DNA from: Sphaerodactylus townsendi
Taxonomy: Eukaryota
Length of the DNA: 64,000 bases
NCBI RefSeq assembly: GCF_021028975.2
Contig: NC_059425.1
Location: forward strand, 110,732,001-110,796,000
Direction: 5' to 3'
The notes beneath the pieces are model-generated. The model was not told the DNA's origin, did no database searches, and worked only from the letters and a program-made list of their open reading frames with translations. Below, piece by piece: positions 27,142 to 38,339 of this stretch; positions within the stretch are counted from its first letter, which is position 1; every line of letters starts with the position of its first letter. The position numbers and the translations under genes are program-made.

Positions 27142-27279
27142 CAGGGGTCTTCAAACTATGGCCCTCCAGATGTTCATAGACTACAATTCCCATGAGCCCT
27201 ACCACTTGGCCATGCTGGCAGGGGCTGATGGGAATTATAGTACATGAACATCTGGAGGGCCATAGTTTGAAGACCCCTG
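27142..27279. mobile_element. hAT MITE (fold-back hairpin) inside the probable TMEM200A 3'UTR
   Basis: TIRs CAGGGGTCTTCAAACTATGGCCCTCCAGATGTTCAT / ATGAACATCTGGAGGGCCATAGTTTGAAGACCCCTG. Perfect 8-bp TSD GTCTACAG at 27134-27141 and 27280-27287. Confidence 0.92.
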
Positions 27280-27547
27280 GTCTACAGCAACTTCATATCT
27301 AACATTGGCATGGCTGATAAGTTACAATATTTGTTATTTCAATCTGTGCCATCATCAGGAAAACGTATGATCAGCAACTGCTGTAAAAGCAAAACTCCCC
27401 TTCTTCACTCATCTGAATTTAATATGTGCTGGCTGTTTGAATTCCCTGTGATCCCTCTATGCAAACTAACACTCAAAACTGATCTGAACAAGTAGATATA
27501 ATCATACCATATTTCACTCCATTGTTAATTCCTAATACATTCTAAAT

Positions 27548-27690
27548 ATTTATTAGTTATTTATTCACTTCATTTATACCCCACCTTTCTTCACAATGGG
27601 GACACAAAGGCCCTCCCTTTTCCCTCATGAAAACACTGTGAGGTAGGTTAGAGTGTTACTGACCCAAGGTCACGCAACACTAAACTACAA
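27548..27690 (-). mobile_element. Squam3-like SINE fragment in the probable 3'UTR
   Basis: Has a (ttat)n tail, then atttataccccacctttct and ctgtgaggtaggttag...gacccaaggtcac. Confidence 0.6.
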
Positions 27691-28471
27691 TAGCTAAAAA
27701 AGCCATTTTTTAAAGAAAGTGTCTTCTCTGGCTAGCACTGCACCTTACTCACTTTTCTCCCCTCAGTTTTCAGAACTTATCTTCCTAGCTCTCCCAGCTC
27801 ATTTCATTCTCTTGCTCTTCCCATAGTTCATGGCAAACTTCTTCAGAACAGCTTCAAAAAGTTGTATTTGATATAGAATAGGCCTTTCATAAGGATGGGT
27901 GGGGTAAAAATCTAAAAATAAATTAATTTAATTTTGCTATCCCACTGGAAACCTTAAATCCTCTTCTATCTTCAACTAAAAATACCATTGCTAAAAGGCT
28001 GCTCTGTTTGATAGATCTGAGCACAGATGCTTATCCCATCAGCTCTTATTGCTGTCCTGTAGCAATGGAGGATAGCATGTGGAAACAGAAACAAAAGAGC
28101 AATGAAACCGGTTGGCAACAGGATCTGAGGCACCCATATATGTTTAGTGGCAATAATATACAATATTGCAATTGTACATCAATAGGACATGAATTCTCAA
28201 GCCACCCTCTTGGCACAAAAATCATCCAGTTGGCATTATGCCAGTGTAAGTTTGGATGGACAAGCTGCTTGACAGTATACACTTGGCATTGTAGAGGTGG
28301 AAATAACCTTTGCTAACACAAGGCAATTTTAATCTGATAGAAACATCTGGTAAAAACAGTTTCGCACTGGTTTCACTGGAAACAAGAACAACAACAAAAA
28401 AGTCACACATCAAAATTGCTTTCTTTAAAAAAATACTGGCAAATACTTCATTGATTATACTAGTCTAAATA

Positions 28472-29947
28472 TCAAAACCTTGTCTCAGAGGTTCCACGCT
28501 TTAGATTGTTACTCAAAAACTCATCATGTTCAAAACTTAAATTATTATGAGATCTGGAAATCATAAGAAGTTTTTCTTTATTAGTAAAGTCCTTCTTGAC
28601 TGAAGCTGGTGGTACAAACAGCCTGTCCATCGGGTCCTCTTTGTTTTCTAGTTTCATATAACCTTTGCTGTTGTTTCGATCCAGTCTTGGCCAACTGGGA
28701 TGTTTTCTTTGTTCTACTTGGACAGTGAGGGTTGAAGGACCCCTATCTAGGTCTAGGGATTTTGAATGTGCAGATAAAAAATGCAAAGACGTGTTTGATC
28801 CAAACTGCTTTCTGGCTGCACCAGGTGACAAAAGCTTTCCAGAACAAGGTCCAAGGGTCATGGAAGATTTGGACTGACTGGGTGAAGAGTCTCCATATAA
28901 ATTGTTCCTTGGTAGCAACCCACAGGCCGGTTTGTAATGGTCTTTGGTATCACTTAATGGAACAGCTAGAGAGTCCATGGATAAATTTCTAGGCCGGCTT
29001 CTGGTGCTTGCAGAATCCTCAGAGATATTGTCTATACTGGGTTCATCAATAACACAGTTATTTAGTTTAATTACAGGTAACGTAAAAGCATTAATGGAGG
29101 ATGACACAATGGACTTTGTTTCACATTTTAGAGAGCCACTGTTCCTATCTTCCTTTCCTTTCCCAAGGTGAGGATAAAGGCCAAAGACTGATCCAGAGCG
29201 CTCAGTCAGCAAAGGGGGTAAAAGATGAGTGACATTTTTTCTGTCACTCATGGATATCTCGTTCTCCTCAGCATTGCTGTCTGCTCCAAAGTTGCTTGCA
29301 AGGCCTGAGAAAGGTGCAATGGTATTGGCAGCCAGCCGTGATGCACAGGAACTTCCACTGTGCTTGATTTCAGGCTCTCCCACAAAACCTGTGTAAGTTC
29401 CATTCAGCTGCTTTTGTTCACTGATCCTCAGAGTATGTACGTCAATGACAGTAGAATAGATGTCTCTCATGTGTATGATTTTTGTCTCCTTGTCGCGGTT
29501 CTCGTGGAGCATAGCATTTGCACAAATAAAAATAAAAATTCCAATTCCCATGGTGAAAGGACCCAGCATTTTCATCTTATCAGAATGTAAATGCTGTTCT
29601 AAGAAACGGATGATAATTCCTCCTTCTTTTTCTATGACTTGAGTCTCATTTAATGACAGGTTGTCACCAGGTTCTAGAAAAGGGTCCTTTTGTGGCCAGT
29701 ATCCGAGGATTGCCATAGCAATCCCCAGGAATGCAATGAGTACACCCAGAAGAAGGAAAAATCCTGATGGGGAATAAAGTCGGATTTTGCCACGGACAAC
29801 GACTACATCTGCCCGGGGTAGGCGCTTGACTGGCTTTGGTTCTTCATTGGCTGGTGATGTTGTCAGGTTTAGATGATGCTGAGATCTGGCAGAGTCTTGC
29901 CTCTTTAAGGCAGCCAGTCCTGTTATAACTCCACCAGTTGCTATCAT
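28472..29947 (-). CDS. TMEM200A: Transmembrane protein 200A (DUF2371 family), single coding exon, 491 aa
   Basis: The ORF 28472..30115 contains from residue 57 the TMEM200 N-terminus [23 protein letters not shown] and [14 protein letters not shown]. It has two TM helices ([23 protein letters not shown]; [20 protein letters not shown]), then [22 protein letters not shown], and ends [12 protein letters not shown]. The ATG at 29945-29947 has A at -3 (aaaactATG) and follows a splice acceptor, giving 491 codons. Confidence 0.97.
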   Translation of the reverse strand: MIATGGVITGLAALKRQDSARSQHHLNLTTSPANEEPKPVKRLPRADVVVVRGKIRLYSPSGFFLLLGVLIAFLGIAMAILGYWPQKDPFLEPGDNLSLNETQVIEKEGGIIIRFLEQHLHSDKMKMLGPFTMGIGIFIFICANAMLHENRDKETKIIHMRDIYSTVIDVHTLRISEQKQLNGTYTGFVGEPEIKHSGSSCASRLAANTIAPFSGLASNFGADSNAEENEISMSDRKNVTHLLPPLLTERSGSVFGLYPHLGKGKEDRNSGSLKCETKSIVSSSINAFTLPVIKLNNCVIDEPSIDNISEDSASTRSRPRNLSMDSLAVPLSDTKDHYKPACGLLPRNNLYGDSSPSQSKSSMTLGPCSGKLLSPGAARKQFGSNTSLHFLSAHSKSLDLDRGPSTLTVQVEQRKHPSWPRLDRNNSKGYMKLENKEDPMDRLFVPPASVKKDFTNKEKLLMISRSHNNLSFEHDEFLSNNLKRGTSETRF

Positions 29948-29963
29948 AGTTTTGTATGTTGAT

Positions 29964-29990
29964 CTGGATTTGGGAGGGAAAATGGCAAAG
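29964..29990 (-). promoter_or_regulatory. TMEM200A: 3' splice acceptor of the TMEM200A coding exon (exon starts at 29963, with 16 nt of 5'UTR)
   Basis: The minus strand reads ctttgccattttccctcccaaatccAG|atcaacatacaaaactATG: a pyrimidine tract plus CAG just upstream of the conserved start codon. Confidence 0.8.
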
Positions 29991-30207
29991 TTATAAAAAG
30001 CATATAGTAGAAAGCATTCAATATTATTTCCTTTTTTATCTTTACATTTTTGATCTGCATTCCAGCCCACCATCCCCATAACAGTATAACTAAACCAGCA
30101 CTTATAATTCTCCATTATATCTGTGAAATATTTGTTTGTATTGTAACTTTCAGATGTAATCTCCAGTTGTATGTTTCAGACAACAATAAATGTATTTTCA
30201 ATGCAGT

Positions 30208-30313
30208 GAAGAGCTCTTGGGCCGCACCACTGGTGGGCCACTGCGAGTAGCAGAGTGCTGGACTAAGTGGACTCTGGTCTGATCCAGCAGGCTTGTTCTT
30301 ATGTTCTTATGTT
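30208..30313 (+). mobile_element. Short 5'-truncated CR1 3' end, same family as 23445
   Basis: Reads ctggtgggccactgcgagtagcagagtgctggactaagtggactctggtctgatccagcaggctt(gttcttat)2. Confidence 0.75.
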
Positions 30314-30317
30314 ATTT

Positions 30318-30702
30318 ATGTTGTTTTAACTGGGGACCCCAGATTCTTCCTTTAAGGTGGATTTAAACACCATTGAAAGTGATGCTGTTTGGGGGTGGAT
30401 TTCAGCATCACAGCGGCCATCCATTGGGGAGGGGACTCAGATTTTGCACCGGGCATTTTCCCTAGCTATGCCTTTACCCAGAGGGGAGGGCAGAAGGGAC
30501 TGCCTGCTGCCAGCTGGGAGCCCAGCTGGCGGGGGGTGGGCAGGACTGGGGAGTCTGCTGTCCCCGGCCTCAGAGAGCTGCTTTTATAAGTACTCAGGCC
30601 GGGATGGGGCTTGGGGAGGCGTGGCCATGCCCCCAGGGGCAGGTGGGGGCATGGCCCCACCCCCCGAAGCCACCCCATAAAAAATCTATACGTACAACCC
30701 TG
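30318..30702. mobile_element. Partial TIR-element fragment sharing modules with 41490-41720 and 52730-53010
   Basis: cattgaaagtgatgctgtttg matches about 41598-41620, and cctcagagagctgcttttataag matches about 52793-52815. It ends with tacgtacaaccctg. Confidence 0.55.
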
Positions 30703-32057
30703 GATGGATGCATTTGGAATTCTGACACAGCATGGTGAGTACAAAATGGGTGCCACAAAATGGGTGCTGTAGGAGGCAGAGCCAGCCACAAAACAATTGC
30801 CACAGCTTAACTTCAGTAATACAATGCAGATTCCTGTGTTGTGGTAGCTGATGCTGCCAAAGCAGCATTTGAAGGAGCTGCACAGCTAATCACATCTCCA
30901 ATTGTCAATCAGAAGCCTTGCTGGACAAAAGCCCTACCTGGCCAATCTCCTTCATAAACACAGTTGACAGATTCCAGAAAAGGTGCCAGAAGGCACCACG
31001 GTGCCCATGGGCACCAGGCTGGGGAGTCCTGATGTATATATACTCTTACAATTGTCACTATTTTTGTTAATTGCTTGCTATTTAGCTTTTGACGACATTT
31101 TGTAATTCCTGCAGATGTTTTATTGTTTTTTATTTGTTTAATCATCTGTGGGGTAAATAATTTTAGTGTGTTTTTTGTGATGGTGTATTGTGATTTTGGT
31201 TTGCTTTTTATTCTGTGATACCTTGTTGTTGTTGTTGTTGTTGTTGTTTTCTCTAGGACAGGCAGATCCAGAATCATATGATCTACATAATAATGTGTCC
31301 TCGTGGCTGATTATGTTGGCCTTTTCACACAAATGGCATCCTCATGCCTCTTGGCAAGGTTCTGATAGCTTGAGAAAATGCCATATGATTGGTGCAGTCA
31401 CACAACTGCATTAGGCACATGTACTTGTTATGCTTATTATGAACAGGACAGGTGAGGTAATTTTTGTCCGGAAACAGGAGGAGAGAGGGAAGGAGCAAAG
31501 AAAAGCATGGCAGAGAGGAGAAAAGTGGTACACAGAAGTGATTTGGCATCCTATTCAAACACTACCACCTGCAAATCTCCTGGCACTTGCCCAAGCTGCG
31601 GTGTTGGAAACCCTTGCACATGTGTGGGTGTAAATGCACTAGCAAATAATGCAAATATTTTTAGACATGTCATTCCTTTTGTGTCCAAAAAACTAGCTTG
31701 CAAAAAGTATCCCTTAATTAGCAAAAGGAAATAGTTAAATGCCAAACGAGGGCATCGTTTGAATTTTGTTTGCTGACAAATAATTTTAGTAGTGGGAATT
31801 ACTGAACTCGTACCATGTTTCAGATCCACCTGTTATATAGTGGGAAAAGTTGGTTTGATAAAGGATGATATAAAAAGAAGGTATTTTTATTCATGCAGTC
31901 TAAAAACAGGACTCCCTTCCACTAGCATTCTTGTCATAATGACATATAATGACATATAATGACCATGTTGATATGGGTCAGATGGGCTGTCCAAGTCACT
32001 CTGATACTCCAAGTCACTCTGATCAAAGAGTTTGAATGTAACTTAGGTACATGACCA

Positions 32058-32208
32058 TTGCCCTGATCTCATCAGATCTCAAAAGTGACACAGGATTAAC
32101 CCTGGTTAGAATTTGGATAGCGACCTCCAAGGAATACCAGGGTTGTGAAGCAGAGACAGGCAATGACAAACCATCCCTGATCATCTTTTGCCTGGAAAAC
32201 CCTACCAC
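32058..32208 (+). mobile_element. 5S rRNA-derived SINE with Sauria-SINE-like 3' half
   Basis: ccctgatctcatcagatctc...ccctggttagaatttggat...ggaataccagggttgt aligns by eye to 5S rRNA. It is followed by aggcaatgacaaacca...tgcctggaaaaccc. Confidence 0.75.
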
Positions 32209-33039
32209 TTCACAGCATGAAAAAAAACACACTAGCAAAACTCATTTGGTGCCTGAGAAGGAATCTACAGTTTCTCCTCACCACACATTAGCAGGGATGA
32301 GACGGGGGTGAAGTCAGGGGAGGAACCAACATTAGTTGGCTCCTTGCCGACTTTTGCTGGTGTTATGCCAGCGCCCCGAGCCTAAGTCCAATGTGGACTT
32401 TTTGGTGATGGAAAGTTCTTTTACTGTTCAAGTCTCCCTATGCTGCTAAGAAGCCTCTATGGGAGTGGCGGGGCAGTGCCGTTGCCAAATTTGAATGGGG
32501 CTGCCCGTTATGAATCTAAGGTTACTCAACTGCATCACTGGCTGAATGGCAGTCCCCATTTTTTTATCTGTTGGACGTACGCACATATATGTATAAAATG
32601 TTCATGTGGATAAAAAAGGAATTTATTTGTAAACCTCTAAAATATACTTGTTTCAGTGAGATGGATAGGATGTTGCTGTTCATGATCTATTACGAAGCAA
32701 CAAATCCCACCTGGAGCAAGCATTGCTGGTGCTTAGCAACAAGAAAGTACCAACACTGAGCCTACAGACCTCTCAGTACGAATGGTGGTACAGCACGTTG
32801 TCATGGCAGCGGTCGCATAAGAACAAATATACTGCTGCTGGCCAGTGTCACAGCAGGAGCACAGAATCAGGACTTGGTGCACACGTTGCATATTTCTGAG
32901 TTTCTGAAAACACAACTAAAATAAGGGAACCACAGATATGCCTAGTATGACACATTAGGGATAATTAATACTTCATGTTGCAGCATAGGTAAGCCAGTAT
33001 TTAACTGGGGTGTGCATTAGCAAATATGTAAAAAGAATA

Positions 33040-33235
33040 GGTGTTATGGTGTCAGTGTTACAGGACTTGCTTTCCATGCAGAAAGTTTCTGGATCTATTC
33101 CAGGCATGTCCAGTAAAAGGATAATAGGTAGCAGATGATAAGAACACCCATTCTCTGCCTAAGACCTTAGAGTCTGCTGCTAGACATAGTAGACAATACT
33201 GATCCAATGGTCTGATTCAGTATACAGCACTTTCA
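33040..33235 (+). mobile_element. Degenerate tRNA-derived SINE with CR1-type tail
   Basis: Has a tRNA-like head and the tail agtagacaatactgatccaatggtctgattcagtata. A related head lies on the minus strand at 5255-5330 (tggctcagtggtacagcatctgcttggcatacagaag..gttcaatttcc). Confidence 0.55.
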
Positions 33236-35879
33236 CAGGAGAGTGGTGGATCTCCAGAGGCATGTGGGGGAGCCATGATGAGTAGCAACTCCCTTGCAGT
33301 TTTGGCTTAAATCTGTAGGCGAAAGTTTCATTTACCACAGAAACTGCTGCCACTGAATACAGCATCCCTGTATGTTCCTTTTTGCCTATTCTCCATCAAT
33401 GTTTAATAATAACTTAATATGGAACATATTAACATGATTGTTTGCCAGTTTTACATTTATTACAGTTTTATATTTATTACAGTTTGAGCAAACATTATTC
33501 ATACAACAGCATACTCATGATGTCATACAGAGTATGATTCAGTTTATTGTGTGTGTCATTTGTGGTGATTTCCATTCATTGATTTCTGCTGCATCAGACC
33601 ATTATTTGACAAAGCTACTTTGGATGAGTCAAAGGAAATCATGTTTGGTGTTCTATCCTTTGTAAACGGGTCCACAGCTTGTAGTTTTACACTCTTATGG
33701 GGAGGAGGGTTTTATGAACTCCAACTCCTCAACTGCATGAAGACTCTTAGGTCACTAGAGACAAAACACCAGCATTAATTCTGAAGTCAGTTCTGGCATA
33801 ATGCCACAGGGTGTAGTTTATATTGGTGGCTGCATACATGCCAGCACTGTGGGAGAACGCACCAGGCTGTACAGGTATAGAAGAACCATTGAGACAATTG
33901 GTCTCTCCATAGTCACAGCTGCAACAGTGTGAGTTATAGCCCTTCTTTAGACTTTTGTGATTATGCAAATCTCAGTAGCTGCACATGTAGCCACCATATG
34001 CATTCAAAAAGAGCCAGGATGAAAGGCATGGTAGGAGCATCTGTGCTCCATGCATTCCTGAGGTTGTTTTAGGATTATCAGAAATACAAAACAGTCCACA
34101 AACTGACATCTACTAGTACATGTTTCATGGCGGGGTGGGTGGGGAATAACCAATAATATAAGACCTCTGAATCTACTGTGAAAATGTTTCAGACAGTACT
34201 TTGTTGCTTTTCACATAAAACCCTAATCAGCTCTAAATATCTAGGTATTGTCTTTCAGGTAACCTGGAAATATGGTACTTGTCTTTGCAGCACAAGTATT
34301 ATATTTACTCAAGAGGAAAATAACATGCTTTACCCTTTTTTTGGCTTCCAAACAAGGAGGGAAGGTTTTCTTCCACTAATGTGTAGCAGTGGGGCCCAGA
34401 CTTACCCAGGCCCTGTTTTGTGGACCCATGAAGGCAATGAAGGGGGGGTTTAGCCAGCAGACCTAACTGGAAGGGGTTGTTTCCTCCAACTTACCCAGCT
34501 ATGACATTGATCCTTTCACATTGCTAGGACCTCAGTCAGCCTCATGGCTTTTATTGCCCATCCCACCCCTTCCTGAAATTGTTTCTGGGTTGTTACATTA
34601 GGTTTTGTGGCAAGTGTTGTGTTTGTTTTTCTCTTGTCACAACTGCATCAGGCAGTAACAGCATGAGCCAGATCCATTGTGGGGAGAAAGTGGCCTGTAT
34701 GCCCGTTTCCCTCATTTTCATGAACCTCCTTAAGGAATTTTGGAGTAAGGGATTATGGGGGACATGCCCAGCTTGAGGGCAGTCAAAGTGCTCTTACTTC
34801 AAGTGGCAGGGGAAACCATGCTCTGGCAGTTAGACCATGTGGAATTCTACATCCTGCCATCTCATGACATTTTCCCTTACCCAGCAGGTTGGTTGACAGG
34901 CGGGTCAGCTAATGCAAAGATCCATTGCCCCACACTGTGCCAAGGTACCTATAAAATCGTGCCCATTTTCGTTACAGAAGGTTATGTAGTTGTTATGTTT
35001 TGCTGTGGCAGGTGGGCATAGCCATCTCTTTGCCTGTTCACCATTGGGGCAGCAATAGATATGTTGAGTGTAAGAGGTGATTCACCAGCAGAGAAGAATG
35101 TCTGTCAAAGCAAAGCTGAGTCTTCAGACACTGCTTTTTCATCTACTTTGAGTTTCAAGGCATGAGAGGAGGAGTCTGGTAGACTCACTGGTTATCTTCA
35201 TAAATGGTAGTTGCTTGCCTAGCAAATGGTAAGAAGTGGTAGAATCGTGGGGGGATTTGTTCCTCTACTGACCCACATTTCTGCTAAGACTAGCTCTCCA
35301 CACCAGCTTTTGCTTCTTCTCCTATGCTTCAGATGGAAGTTGATTAGTAGTTTGCCTCCTTTTGTTCCCACGAGAGAGAAAGTGAAAAAATCTGGTGAGT
35401 TTGCAGCAACGTAGCACATTAGCAATATCTGTTATGAACCTGTGGACATTTTAGACAGGGAAGGGTAAGGAAAGTAGTTAATTTTAAATGTCCCGCTGGG
35501 TTGGAATATAACACCCTCTGGAAGTGTGACTTCCACACCTACAGAAAAAATGAGAATGGGGGCAGGGGAGAAGGGGAGAAGGGGGGGACTTAACAGTACA
35601 TTCCAATCCAAAGGAATGCAAAAAAGGAAAATAATTATTTTTATTTATTTAGTCTATAATATTTATTGTATATAGTAATACAATGTTGTTTATACTTCTA
35701 CCTTCTAAAAGAATGAGTCATTTTAAAATCAGGGTCATGCACTTTTTATGTATAACCTCCTTTTTAAGGGGGAGGGTCATGTTACATTTAGGGTGAATAT
35801 GGTATATCACTCTCCACTCTCAGATATTTTTAACTACACAAAAAATACTCATATTTTATGCTCCTTTTATGTTTACTTA

Positions 35880-36020
35880 GGCTCATTCCGCACATGCAGA
35901 ATAATGCACTTTCAAACTGCTTTCAGTGCTCTTTGAAGCTGTGCGGAATGGCAAAATCTACTTGCAAACAGTTGTGAAAGTGGTTTGAAAACGCATTATT
36001 TTGCGTGTGCAGAAGGGGCC
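35880..36020. mobile_element. PIF/Harbinger-like MITE
   Basis: Imperfect TIRs GGCTCATTCCGCACATGCAGAATAATGC / GCATTATTTTGCGTGTGCAGAAGGGGCC, flanked by TTA / TTT (3-bp TWA-like TSD). Confidence 0.65.
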
Positions 36021-36294
36021 TTTGATATTTGGATTGCAAGCAATTTTTATGTTCTGTTCATCTCTCCTCTGTCACTGCAAGTCAAAGCTTTATTCAGATG
36101 CCTGCTATGGTCTGCAAGCATGCATTGCTTTCTTCAGCCTTTCCCTTTCTCTGTTTTCATCAAGCATACAATTTATGGAATAAATGCTCTGAGGTCTAAT
36201 TTTTTTAAAAAATACTGCGTATACTCTACATACAGTATAACCTAAATAAAGAACAGGACAGATAAGGGCAAAGTGTATGTGGAAAGAAAATTAC

Positions 36295-36385
36295 AGTCAT
36301 AAACTAATAGGTAGTCCAGCTCCAATGATCACAGAGCTTGTATAAATGTGATCATTGGAGCTGGACTACCTATCAGTTTATGACT
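36295..36385. repeat. Near-perfect inverted repeat: 39-bp arms, 13-nt loop
   Basis: agtcataaactaataggtagtccagctccaatgatcaca-gagcttgtataaa-tgtgatcattggagctggactacctatcagtttatgact, with 38/39 positions complementary. Confidence 0.95.
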
Positions 36386-37129
36386 TCATTTACTTAAATA
36401 TATTAAATAAATGACACAAGAGTGAATGATATAAACAGTGAAAAGGGAAGCGTTCTAATATGGCTGGAAGGAAGATCCACTGAAATTAGGTTGCTATTTT
36501 GTAAATAGATAAATAAATGCAAATAGAATAGAATTTTGCCTTCCTGGAATCATTCATATATCTTTAAAGAGCACGCGCGCGCACACGCACACACAAACCA
36601 ACAGTTGAACAGAGGACTCTTCCCAGTCTTTTCATTCATTTCCTCTCACCAGTGCAGCACATATGAAGTGAGACAGTGTGTGGTTCATTCCACACAGCAC
36701 AAAAAGATGCCCGTGGGATGTCTTAAAAAGAGGTGACTGCCTCATTTCACTCCATACACCCAAAATATGACTTCTGGGGGACATCTTAAAAAGAGGCAAC
36801 CTCTGGTGTGCTTTCCAAAGAGCAATAATGTCAGAGAGGAAAGAGGCTGTTTCCCATCCGACTGTTTTGCTCTCTGGTCAGTTTCACCCTCCACTTGTGC
36901 CTCACATTTTGTGTGCAGCTGAAGGGATTCTCCCTGCCACCATTTGCTGAAGGCTGCCCCAGGATGTTTGCTCTGAAGGCTCCAATCTTGGGAGCTTTTT
37001 CAGCCCAAAAAGTACATAGTTGTACTCAGCTGGTCATGCCAACTCTGGCAATATATAGTTTACCTATTTTTTTCCTAAAAATTGATGAGCTATCTCTGTA
37101 GCTACACATACACAAGTATGAGAATCTTA

Positions 37130-38335
37130 GCCACTCAGAAGACCTGCCTTCTGCAGACTGACTTCTTTCTTACTGCTCAGAAAAACAAAGTTTGTTTGCG
37201 GAGGCACGTCAATCATGGATGTGGGATAACTATACACCAGTATCCCACACCATGAAGCATGAGAGGTACTAGCCAACACTTTATCAAGATGCCCTGACAA
37301 CACCCCTCTCACTTACTTTCTTGTGGAATTGGTAGATATCATCCTAGACAAAGGTATTTCAGGTTTAATAGGGAATTTTTATTTTTCAAATTAAAGGGGT
37401 GAGCATGGGGAGCAGCATAGTTACCACAGTTTCTAATATGTTCGTGGGCAGGTTGGAATCTGAAATGATTTGTAATGTGGATCACAACCCCTTTTGGGAC
37501 CATGTGATTATCTATAGATGCTATATTGATGACATCTAGCTGATTTGTGCAGATGCTGCCATGCTAGATGATTTTCTTGTATGGATGAATGAATTGCATA
37601 CCTTGATTAGATGGATGAAGTATTTTAAACTATGTTTCCATCCATTTCCCAAACCAACAGACAGAAATAATGATATACGCTATAAATCTTTCAACCCCAA
37701 GCATTTAAGACATAGCTTACTCTATAGCCAGTTAGAATGCCTTAGGAGAAATTCTACACACAAAAAGAAAGAGAAGGCAGGCTATTACTGCATCAATTAA
37801 AAAAAAGGCTATCCTGATTTTACATTGTCATCAGCCTGGCACAAGATTCAGGAATTAGATATTTTTAATGCCAAAAAAATAAAGCCACTGATACAGACTG
37901 AATGAACTTTGCTTTGGATTTCTCTGCTAATGCCAATCATATTAAAAACACATTGCTTAAACATTGGCATTTACTTCAGAGATTCCTAAGTGAGCACAGT
38001 TTCTGCAAATAGGTTTCAGAAGACCAAAGAATCCCAAACAATTATTAACTAGATCAGACTTTCTACAAGTGCCTCCTTTGAAGGAATTGAAGTTAAGGCC
38101 TTTTTGCTGTGGCAACTGTGCTTCCTGTGAAATGTCAATGAACATAAAATAATTTGTACATCCATTCTTTCCCATTAAATGGCAGTTGAGGCATTTTTCT
38201 TTGTGCGCAACCAAACAATGTATATACTTGATTGTTTGCAAATGTAAACATTTATATATTGGAATGACAGGGTGGTTTGCAAACGTATGCATGAACATGC
38301 CTCGAAGATCCGCAGTTGTCGGACTGAGGCCTCCA
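37130..38335 (+). mobile_element. Decayed Penelope-like retroelement (RT + GIY-YIG endonuclease), with frameshifts and stops
   Basis: Motifs appear in the expected order: MDVG*LYTSIPH (~37215), FRFNREF..GVSMGS...SNMFVGRLE, YIDDI (~37523), KPTDRN and SFNPKHLRHSLLYSQLECLRRNS, KGYP, KHWHLL, FRRPKN, CGNCASC, CIYLIVCKCKHLYIGMT (GIY-YIG), RMHEHASKIR. Confidence 0.85.
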
Positions 38336-38339
38336 ACAG

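Larger units (their letters stand above)
26530..28471 (-). other. TMEM200A: Probable TMEM200A 3'UTR, with polyadenylation signal AATAAA at 26555-26560
   Basis: AT-rich, mostly unique sequence follows the stop codon. The minus strand reads ...tttttcctaAATAAAaaccaaaagtttgatttgtgtactttttaag, a canonical hexamer followed by a U/GU-rich tract. The end point is inferred. Confidence 0.55.

Noticed and set aside
29948-30115. 56-aa N-terminal extension of TMEM200A in the ORF track (MENYKCWF...)
   Set aside because: It reads through a good splice acceptor at 29964-29965 into AT-rich intron. The family-typical start is MIATGG, giving 491 aa.
32058-32150. 5S rRNA gene
   Set aside because: It is heavily diverged, lacks the 5S 5' end and is fused to a SINE body, so it is a 5S-derived SINE rather than an rRNA gene.
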